From contig JAZDFA010000012.1 in NCBI GenBank assembly GCA_043808285.1, positions 312-64,311 of the forward strand: a stretch of 64,000 nt of DNA, in the 5' to 3' direction. Below are positions 1 to 12,000 of the stretch, piece after piece. Source of the DNA: an archaeon (lineage in GTDB: Archaea; Nanobdellota; Nanobdellia; Pacearchaeales; DTIR01). Below the pieces are notes generated by a model. That model did not search any database. It saw nothing but the letters and a program-made list of their open reading frames with translations, and was not told the origin of the DNA. The stretch's first letter is position 1; every line of letters begins with the position of its first letter. A program made the position numbers and the translations under genes.

Positions 1-1
1 A

Positions 2-3000
2 CCAAACATAACTGAATCTGCAGTTAGCGTAACATATTTGGCAGGAAATGAAAGCAAGGTTAACAGAAGCTCTGGTATAAGCACACTAAGCATCAGAATA
101 AGAGATACAGAGAATAACACCTACTCAAATAACGTCAACACAACATTCTGGGTGACAACTCAAAATGGAAATTGGGACTCTGGCAATATGGTGAATACAA
201 ATATTTCAGGAACTGCTATTTACAACTTCACTCCTTCATGCTCTCCATATTACGAGGCTGGAGTGCAGAACTGGACAGGAGGTGTTAGTGATGCATGCTA
301 CCAGGATGTTAACTTGTCTGATTGGGTGAACACTACTGTTTATGGGATATTATCCACTTACTTAACACCAATTGTAATCCCCTCTTATTCCCATCCCCCA
401 ACAAAGGCAGAGTATCTAAGAGGAAGCAACATAACAATCATAGCAAATTTCACAGATGAGTGCAGCAATTTGAAAGATGTGGGCGTAGTAAATATTACTG
501 CAATTCAGAATAATACTGAAACAGAATTCCAATGCAAAAACATCCTTTCCCAATCAATAGGATATTACAACTGCACATTCAACACCTCTGCAAACCCCTC
601 AATAATGCCGACTAGATGGTATCATGTGAAGATAAATGGCACAAAGCAATATTACAATATGAGCTCATCTTTCAATCAGGATGCGTTCTGGATAGAAACC
701 AAGCCGATATTGAACAATTCAAATTACACTACATCTGATAATGTTAATATGGGGGGATGGGGGGAGACATGGATTTTCATGACTAATGTAACGAATGAAG
801 ATGAAGACCTGTTGGATGTAAGTCTCTGGCTGTTAAAAGAGGGACAAGGATGGCAGAACCCCTACTCTTTATTAATAACAGATAATTTCAGCACAGTAAC
901 CGCCATAGGACCTCTCGCATTCACAGCAGATGACAGGGGGAATTGGAGCTACATGTGGAATGTCACAGAGATAAATGGAACTGATGCTTATACTGGAGAG
1001 GCAGATGTATGGAATGACACAACTTCCATTTCAAACATAACTCTGATTAATGATGATGTTTCTATAGTCTGCAAGAGAGGATGCAATGGGGTGCTAAACA
1101 GAACAAATGCCTCAGACATTGTAACTTTCAAGGCAGAAGTAGACGATTCTGACAGGAATCAAGTAATTGCCACAGTAACGGATTCGGGGAGCATTTATGT
1201 TACTTCAAACGAAGATACAGAACTTTTAAATTCCTCCCAGTATCAATGGGTTACCGATATTTCTGAATTAGGAACTGACTCTGGAGGGTTCATACAGTGG
1301 GATTTCCCAACACTGACAAGATGCACATATTTAATAGGCCCTCAAAAATGGAGGGTAGAATTCATAGCAGACGGATGGAAGCCTACAAACTCATCATTCT
1401 TTAATGTAACACTAACGACGAACCCATTGACTGTTGCAATCGCCTCCACGAAATACAATTATAGTATAAGAAGAGGAGATGACCCAATCCCTTTCAGCGG
1501 GAATGTAAGCGATGATTGTGGGCTATTGACAAATGCATCGGTGCAATTCTCTGTCCCAGAACAAAATGCAAGATTCATAAATACAAGCAATAATGCATGG
1601 TATAACTATTCTGTGTATCCTCAAAATCATTCTTCGTGGAATTACGGAGTTCATAATCTTACAATCAATGCAAGCAAGAAATATTATAATGGTTCTGCAA
1701 CTGCATGGGAATATTCTTCTTTTAGGATATTAACAAACCCAAGGGCATACAATCCAACTGCATCAAGCAGGGCAACTGGAATCGGAGCATCAGATGGGGG
1801 ATGGGGAGAGGTTTGGACATTCAATGTAACAGTTGTTGACCTTGACCAGATAGAATCAGGATTAAATGAAGTTTTAAATATAACCCTATGGCTTAACACA
1901 AGCAACGGATGGAGAATTGCAAATTCAACAACTTGCATAGGAACATGCCAGACTCCTCAAGTAATGAGATTTGTGCAAACTAACGATTTCTCATGCAACG
2001 ATGTGTCAAGCCTGCAAGGCCCTATATTCTACCAGTTCAACGTGACAGATGCATACGGCTACAATAATGAGACCAATTCAACAATAAACTTGCAAAAAGA
2101 TTCTGTGTTCGTACAATTTGTTTCAGACCCATTGTCAATAAACAGGGAGTCTGGTGTAGGATTATTTAGCATGAGGGCAATGGATACTGATATAAGTGAT
2201 TCATGGCTGGGAAGCGGGGTAAGCACAAGATTCTGGTTCACTACAAATGGAGCATCATATGACGAATTATACTCAAATACTACAAATCTCTCTGGGAGCT
2301 CTATATACTCTTTTGATCCCGGATGTAGTATAAATGCAACAACCCAGAGATGGAAGGCGGGAACTTATAATGATGTATGCTATGAAAACAGAAACTTCAC
2401 AATACCATTTACCCAATATAGTTTTGATGTCTATGGAAACATAAGAGATTATCTTGTCTCTCCTGCCGCAAATCAGACTTATGCAGTCGGGGATTCAGTA
2501 AGTGTCAGGATGAATGCGACATCTGATTGTGGTTATGGTATCTCAAATTTGAGTGTAATTTGGATACAGGATACCAATCCGAACAACCAGACAGGAAATT
2601 GCAGCGCTACAATAAATGATGAAGGAGAGGGATATTACAATTGTACATGGGATACTTCATTCCACGTTGGAGGATGGTATGACCTGAGAATGCAGGCAAA
2701 CAAGAGCTATTACTATAGCAACTTAACTGTATGGAATGACTGGGTTTACTTAAACAACACAGCTCCAACAGCTGGAAATTTTTCAGTCACTCCTACTTTC
2801 GAAGGATGGGGCAAAACATATTCTTTCTATTCAGATGTTTATGATGCCCAGAGAGAGAATGTAACCTGCAAGATTTATGTGAGCACAAACAATCAGTCAA
2901 CATGGGCAGTAAAAAATCAGACAATCTTAAACACTTTAAGTGGGAATGGCAATGCTGTTTGCAATCTTACTGTATCTAATTTTGGATGCTCGGACATAGG

Positions 3001-6000
3001 AACAGACAATTACTTCAAGTTTGAATTGTCAGATGGAACTAATATTCTCAATACCACAATAAACGGCGGGCCAAATATAACCCGAGATGATGCTTATATA
3101 GAATATATCTCGGGGAATAACACTTTGGTTAACAGGGCAGGAATAAACACAACATTACTTGTTGCAAGAATTTATGATGTTGACAGAAACAATTTAACTG
3201 TCTCAGGAATAAATGGAACATTCTGGATAACAAGAGACTTGGTAAATTTCCAGACGCAACAGATAACCCAGACAAATAGCTCCGGTTATCTAAACTATTC
3301 TTTTGACCCCGGATGCTCTCCAAAATATGAGGTTGCAAAACAATATTGGTTTGCAGGAATAAATGATGCATGCTACACTCTAATGAACCTTTCAGTCAAT
3401 TACTCATTGAATATAACAGGAGACTTGGTAAGCGAGGTAGCTTATGTATACAATGACCAGGATCCATTTTCCCCTCCAATAAATGTAACAAAGGGAGAGC
3501 AGAATGTAACAATAGATTCTATAATAAAAGATGAATGCGGGACAGAGCAGGAAGGGGCTAATGTAATAATCTATTTAATGAATGTGTCAGGATACCAATA
3601 TCCTTGCGACCCAGTTGAATACCAGGGCTCTGGGATATATAGGTGCATGGAGAATACTAGCTACATGTCTGCCAAATGGTATTCTGTTATAATCAATGCG
3701 ACAAGGCCTTTCATGAACCCTCAGTATGTAGAGGAGAACAATATATTCTACATTCAGACAAGACCATTGCTAACTGACTTGCAGTGCCTAAATTGTCCTA
3801 GAGGGTGGGGAGAGACTTTCTCGTTCAATGTCACTATAAGCGATGAGGATGAGGATAATGTTACATTGGAATTGTTCGTGCAGAAGCCAAACAGCGGGGC
3901 ATGGGTGAAGAGAGAGGAGATAAATCTCATAGCCCCGATAGTTAACAGGCAGGTAACACTTAATTCCTCTGCAGGATTTTTTGAATGCCCCACAAATTTG
4001 GGCATTGGAGGATTCAGGTTTGATGCGACTGATTCAAGATTTCTTACAAGAAGCGAAGTAAATAATTTGACGGTAGAAAGAGATGACATAGAGATAATAC
4101 ATTCTTCTGGGAACAACGGGCTATGGTGGAGAAACGGGACACACACATTGCTGCTAAGCCTTCTTGTGAGAGACACAGACAGGGATTTATCCCTAGGGGC
4201 AGGGCAAGATGGCACATTCAGGGTTACTAAGAATGGAGCAGAAACATTTGATTCTGGAAAGACAGAATTTACGAATGAAAGCGGGTATCTTAATTACGAG
4301 TTTACAGAAGATTTCCTTCCAGAGCCAATATGCAATTATTCCCTTGGAGTACAGACATGGAATGCAGGGGTGAATGGAATATGCTACAAGGAGAAATACT
4401 CCAGTAATTATTCCATGACTAGAAAATCAGTGCTTAAACCAGTAATAATCATGCCTAATGGAGAAGGATACATCAGGGGGGGGAATATACCTTTAATAGG
4501 AAGGGTAGAGGACGAATGCTCCAACAGCACTTATGGGGTAGAGAATACTACTGTAATTTACAGGCTTGATTCAGGTTCTAACGTATACATCTGCACATTA
4601 GATACAAATAATGGATGGCAGGAAAATGGCGGTTCTTACAACTGCTCATGGAACTCTGCATCAAGGTCAACAGGATATTATAATCTGATGATGAATTCAA
4701 CAAAAGGATTTTATGAAGATAATTTCACATATAGGACTAATTCATTCCATTTAGGAAACATGCCTAAGTTATTTGATCCATCAGTTGACCATTCATCAGG
4801 GGGATGGGGAGAGACATATACCTTCTCAGTACTTGCCGCTGATGCAGATTTCCAATGGATTAATGTAAGCTTGTGGGGGAGCTATGACAACTCTACATGG
4901 TATATGCTGAATATAACTTCAGTAAGAGGAATCAACAGAACAGTAAATTTCCAGAATAGATTTTGGTGCGGGAACATGAGCACGAATGCAGATACTGGAA
5001 TAAAATACTTCAAATTCACAGTATATGACCCCTATAATTATTCAGATGAAACTATCCCTAAATCAATAAATCTGACATATGATGATGTTACCGCTTCTGT
5101 AACAACAAATACAACTTACAATGTAAGGAGAGTAGGGCAGTCAGCAACTTTGGAATTTAGAATAAGAGATACAGACATGACAGGAATTCCGTCCGGGAAT
5201 CGTTATGGAGAGTATCCTTCTGGTGCTTCAGGAAACATGTGGATTACCCAGAATACTAGCGATTATTCTTTTTATTACACATGCACATCAAATGGAGGAT
5301 ATTGCAACAGAACTTATGACCCGAGCTGCAACAGCACAGTTGGAATACAGAACTGGACAGGGGGGGTAATGGATTCATGCTATCTTCCAATAAACAGTTC
5401 AAGGACAAACCTGCAGGTTTTCGGGCAGCTTTATCCAATAATAACAAATCCTTTCAGTGGCAAAATAATAAACAGGAATACAACAACTTATTTCAATGCA
5501 ACAATAGTTGATGATTGTGATGCAGTAATCAGCCCAGCAGTTTCAAGGTGGTATAATGACACATTGAATTTCATTGCATTGGGAAATAATACTGCCTGGA
5601 ATGTATCTGCATTGTATGATTTGGGGGCAGAGATAATCAGGATAAATTCAACACAGCAGTATTATGACAACGGGACAAACAGCAGCTCAATATATGTTTA
5701 TGGCTGGGCTGAAGTGAGAAATATTATTCCATTAAATGGAACAAAGTTTTATTCAGGGTCTTATGTAGAATCTATATGCACAATAAGAGATGCAAATACT
5801 GAACAGCCAATCTCGGGATATTCTGTAAGCTTTTACAAGAATGACACTCTGCAGAACATTTCAATTACAGATTCAAACGGAAATGCAACATGGACTTGGT
5901 ATACTTTATCAGACCCAGATGGATTATACAATGTATCATGCAACATCTCCTCATCAATAGGCCTTTACTACAATGTGTCTTTAGCAGTAAATAGCACCAT

Positions 6001-9000
6001 AATAGAAATAGAGAGACCACTAAGAATAACAGAAATAAGCAAGGATAATTCAAACATCTTCAGGAATGATTCATTTAATCCTCACTATTCTAATTTGACA
6101 ATAAAGGTTGTAGAGGCAAGTTTGGGGGCATCACAGAACGCTAATGTAAGCTTTTACAACCAGACAGCAGGATATCTTGGATATTGCATTACAAACTCCA
6201 GAGGGAAATGCTCTTTCATATTCAATGCAACAGATGATGTCACCCCAGACATTTACACTCTGTACTTTAATGCAACAAAGACTGGCACAAAATCATCTTC
6301 AACAAATGTAACAACTGTCAAGGTGATGAGTGTCGCATACGGGAGTATAACAGAGCCCGTAAACGGTTCAGAATTCCCAAAGAACGATATCATTTCATTA
6401 TCGGTAGATGTTTGGGACGAAAACAACAATACATTCACAGCAACGGTAAAATGGTACAATGAAACAGCACAGGTTGCATCCGGCATGAGCACGATACTTG
6501 TTCTTAACAGCCAGAATACCGGATGGAGAAATATAACTTCATTGATAACAAGAAATTGCCTGAATGATTCATCGCAATTATGCTCCTCAACAGGAACTTC
6601 AGAAGTGTTCATATTGGTAAGAAGCCTTTCAGATGTAGGATTTATTTATCCACTTGCAAACAGCAATGTAACAATACTCCAGAAATTCAACGCAACCTGC
6701 AGGGTTTATGACGATTCAACATCCCAGGCAATTCCAAATTATCCTGTAAAGATGTGGTATACCCCAACAGGGGGAGCATACAATTATCTGGGAGAATTCT
6801 TTACAAATGGAAGTGGCGATGCAACATATGAATATTATCCATTAATCAAGGGAAATCTTACTTTCAAATGCAATATAACGGACAATCAAACATTGCAATA
6901 TGCAACAAACATATACGAATCTGAAAGCACATTCAACGTAAGGGACACATTGCCTCCTTTGATAAATTACACATTGATAGAGCCATATCAAAGAATAGAG
7001 GCTAATTACAACTATACAAACATAACAGCTTCGATAATAGATGAGATAGGAATAAATGCCGCATGGGCACAGATAAAACTTCCAAATGGAACACTTGCAA
7101 ATGTGACACTTGAAAAGTATCCTAATATCATAACATACAGGATAATCGAAAATGCTTCAGTAAGCACAAGTGCAGGATTCACATATATGGAAAACATAAG
7201 TGATTACGGAATAATGCATTACTTCAATATTACAATCTATAACTCCGGAAATGAAACATTCTATTTCAACTTGACTGTCAATGATATAGCGGTGGCATAC
7301 AATCAACCAGCTGTTAACGGAACAAACACGACTCTAAATGCAATTTACAATTCCTCATCATTTGGAGCGCCCGATAATTACACAATAAAAGTGGGGGTAA
7401 TGAATGCTTCAGGCTACAACCTGAACTTAAGCTATATATCCTTCATGAATTACAGAGTCAATGTAACTAGGTATGTCGGAAAGTATATACCTCCAATAGG
7501 GGGAACATACAATGTAACTGTGTTTGCACAGGACCTTATGCCTGAAGGAAACATAAACTCAATTAACGCAGGGCAGATATATGTATGGGGGACGAGCAGT
7601 TCAGGGCTTGCCAATATCCCCTCACAGCAGATAGCATCAGGAATAACACAAACAGGAAATTACAGTTTTAATCTGACATTAAATTTCAGCAATTTAGGAC
7701 CTGCGACTGCCTATTCTGTGAACATAACTGTTTTTGACAACTCGAATTACACAGTGTACAGCAGCAATCTTACAAACTGCGGGAATGTAAGTGCAAACTC
7801 TTCTTGCACTATGAAGCTGAACATAACATTAAACCCTGCCACTCCCCCTGTTGTGATAACTGTTTATTCATTTGCTGTATGGAGCAACGCAGATAAGACG
7901 AGCCAGAACGTGCAAAATCTTACTAATATTCTAGTTTCTGAAAACCCAGTTGTTGACATTCTTGAGAGTGATATAACAAACAATGCAACTCATGATGATA
8001 CTACTCTTGTAGGCAATATAACAATATTATCTCATGGAAATGCAGAGATAACAGATGTGGCACTGCAGACCCTCGGAGGCAATCTTGCATTAGATTGCCC
8101 ATTATGCAATGTCCAATTCATTCCCAATGAAACAGGATTATTGCTTGCAGGAGAGAATATTTCTTCAAATATTTACCTAACTGTCCCTGCTGGGCAGGCG
8201 CCGGGAGTTTACTGGAGCAAAATAAGGGTAACCACTTCAAATGCAGGTTATGATGAAATATTGCTCAACATAACCATTCCATTGAACAATACATGGATAA
8301 GAAGGCATAATTCAAATTTAGGAGTAATACTTGCTCCTTTGAATACTTCTGGAGGAGTAGGAACGATGCAGATTAAGAACCTAGGGAATGTGAGATTGAC
8401 TTTTAATCTGTATAGATCAGAGGCGGCTGCTCCTTTGATATCACTGCAGACACCAACATTTGACCTTCAAAAGCTTGTTGAAAGGAATGTAAGCATTAAT
8501 TTCTCTGTTGCAGCAGGAACAACACCAGGATTATATTATGGAAGAATCCTTTCAATGGTAAGAGATGAGAATACAAATACTGCATATCCCACAGATATCT
8601 CAAGCGGGCAGATAGCAGTCATAAATTTCACTCTTAATGTTACAGATATCCCTCCAACAATATCTGATGCAAATGTTACCCCCACAAGTTTTGAGGTAAT
8701 ATATGATACTGTGAATGTATCTGCAAATATAACTGACAATTTTGCTGTTGGCATTGCATGGATAAATGTCACAATGCCCAATGGAATGACTTACTCTGAA
8801 AGGATGAACAAGAGCGGAAATACATACTCTACAAATTACAACACAAGCATACCCGGGGTACATCAGGTTAGGATATGCGCTAATGACACGCAAGAATTAG
8901 AGGTGTGCGGCTCAATAATAAATGTAACTGCATCGGAGAATACAACTGTATTAGCATCCCCCAACTCAACAGTGATTACTTTAAGAAATATAAGCTTGTC

Positions 9001-12000
9001 GGATGGCCAGAATTTCTCAATCAGCATTGATGTAAACAATACAGGATATTCGAGGGCTTTTGGGGTAAACCTTACAATAGACAATATAAGCAACTGGTAT
9101 TCAGAGCCTTACTTCTTTGGCATAGGAACGTTGCTGAAACAGCAGTCTTACACCAATATAACATCAATATTCGTACCAGCAGGATTGTACCCTGGGAATT
9201 ACAGCATAAACTTCACAACTAACTGGACTAATCTAAATGGAATTAATGATGTCAACACCACGAATCTTACTGTAAGAGTATTATCTAATCCTTTATTGGA
9301 TGTGCTTGAGAACAGCATGAACATGACTGTTTATACTGGGGGATGGAACACACAGAACTTTACTTTATCTTCAATAGGAAATGACAATGCAACAAGTATC
9401 AATTTTTCATGCTCCTCTGGCGCAGTATGCAATAACTTTACAGTTGAATTCAATCCGATGAATCTTTCTTATCTTTCTGCAGGTGCTTGGGATTCAATAC
9501 GGGTGAATGTGAGCGTCCCAGTCAATTTCCCCACAGGTTCGTATTATGGGGTGATATCTGCGATTGCTGCAAGAAATGTTTTAACCTCTGTCCCAATACA
9601 TGTTGCTATTCCCGTGAATATATCCTGGGAACAAACACCTTTGATAATAACAAGAGAAGTAGTTGCAGGAAAGACAGGACCGTTTGGAGATGTGAAGATA
9701 ATCAATACAGGAAATGTTCCATTAATCGCAGAACTATTGACATACGGGAATGCATCTGCATATCTTGGTTTGAATGTTTCTTCCCCCTTAAGCATAGGGG
9801 CAGGCGAGACAAGTTTTATAGGAATATCATTTGATGCCCCAGCACCTTCAATGAAGACAAATTATATTGGCTACCTGGCAACAATAAACAATAGTGCGGT
9901 TATCTCCCAGCAAACAACAACATTAAACCTTACAGTGCATCCTTTCTTTGCAAATATAACTTCGCCGACAGAAGCCAAGCCAAAGATTAATGTTTCAGGA
10001 GGAGATGTAATAAATGCCTCTGTTAATATAACTTACAGGGGCGTTATACTCTCCGACAGTATAGTATTTAATGTAATGTTGCAGAACTCAACTTTCAGCA
10101 CCAATGCAAGCATTATCGCGGCGTCTTACTCTCTAGCAAACCGTTTATGGCTGGTAAATTTCACTGCCCCCAATCTTGCATCAGGGCATGCATATGATTT
10201 GAATATCACTGCAAACTACACCCTCCAAAAGATTGCATATTTTGATGTTGAAAACAGTTCAATAATCTACATAGACAATACACCTCCTTTTGTTGATATA
10301 GATGTGCCAACAGATGTTCCAGGAAACACAACTGCATTTATATCAATCAATGCAACTGATTCTGGAGGAATAAAGAATGTAACGGCAAATCTTACTGACC
10401 CTCAGAATGCAACATCTTCACTCATAGTGCTGAATTTCAGTTATAGAGATGGGAATATTTATGTTTATGATTTTGGATTCACAAACACTACACTTGTCGG
10501 AATATACAAGATAACTGCTAGAGCCTGCGATATATCAGGAAACTGCAATTTCTCAACTTCTCAATTCGGGGTGTTTCCAAGATTATGGTTTGTTGGAAGG
10601 ACAGTTAATGAAGAAGACCCATTAAAACCTGCAATAGTTGTCAACTTTGTATTCTATGAAGCTGGAACAAATACAGTGATATACAATTTCAGCTCAAATG
10701 CATTAGGGTATTACAACCAGTCTCTCCAAGTAAGAACTTACGACTTGGTATTCACACTGTTTAATGACACGATAAAAATGTTTAATGTTACCCTTGATTC
10801 TGACCTTTATAATCCAATTGTGTTTGGGAAGATTCCTCTTGCATTAATAGGAGATGGCTCAATAAAAGGCATAACTTACACAACAGTGATTAATTCAAGC
10901 CTTGGAAAAATTGAATTCTCATTGTCCCAATGCCTGATTTATGGAGAATGCGGTTCATTGACCGGATTAACAATAGATAATCTTGGGATATACACATGCA
11001 ATGGATGGGTAAGATATAATGGATGCAGGAACAGCACATGGCAGAGGGGTGGAGGAGTGTTTGAGAACGGCACAAAATCAATCTATTATTATTACGGAGA
11101 TAATTCCTCAATAGCAGGAACATGGACATTCTCTGCTGCAAAATATATCTGCGGGAACGGTGTTTGCGAAGAATTAACTGGAGAATCTACTGCTACATGC
11201 CCAAGAGATTGTCCTGGTGGCGGGGGAGCCGGAGCTGGAGGCGGAGCAGGTGGTGGTGGCGCAGGCGGCGGCGGTGGCGGGGGAGCTGAAGGCGGAGGCG
11301 GAGGCGGAGGAAAGAAAGGAGAAACTGGCCCAATACAAATCAATGTTCCAGTGATAGACATAACAATTTACCCGGGAGAGACAAAGATATTTGCAGTAGA
11401 AATAACAAACACCAAGGGAACTTCAATAGATGGAACATTGAGCGTTGAAGGACCTGTATGGAAAATAATTGAATTGCAGAAGAGCGAATTCGTGGTAGCA
11501 AACAAGATGACTGAGTCAATACAAGTAAAAGTAAGCCCAGATGCAAAGACACTGCCTGGAATATATACTGGAGATCTGATCATAGATGCGGGAGGAGAAA
11601 AGAGAAGAGTTCCTATAACTGTAGCTGTTGAAATATTGCAGGAGCCATTATTAGACGTAGTGATAAAAATGCTTACAAATAAGGTTAGGCCAGGTGATGA
11701 CCTGAAATTTGAAATTTCAGTAGTTAACATGGGAGGAACAACAACAGTTGAGGATGTTGTATTAAATTATTCATTAAGAAATCTTGAGTTTGAAAATATA
11801 ACCTTGTCATCAAGCGAGGAAACAATTGCAGTATCTGATGTTTCAACATTCAAGAAGACCATAAAGATTCCAACAAGCGCAATATCTGGAAAATATCTTG
11901 TTGATGTAAAGGCAAGATACTGGTATGCGAGGAAGCATGCTTCTGCATCAGAGTCATTTGATATTTATGTTGATGTGCCGCCTATGGCAATGCTAAAGAA

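Noticed and set aside
3754-4215. Many ORFs of 60-200 aa lie antisense to or overlap the long genes. Examples: 3754..4215, 6253..6612, 11368..11730, 36225..36833, 37551..37958, 43153..43638, 45385..45903, 53251..53829, 59565..60104, 17963..18448 and 18220..18654.
   Set aside because: They lie entirely inside much longer, motif-supported ORFs on the other strand or in another frame. They have low-complexity or hydrophobic shadow compositions and no start context, and I recognise no motifs. I treat them as shadow ORFs.
11092-11361. An antisense ORF encodes a long poly-Pro/Ala stretch.
   Set aside because: It is the reverse complement of the (GGN)n poly-Gly hinge of the giant protein and is therefore an artefact of that tract.
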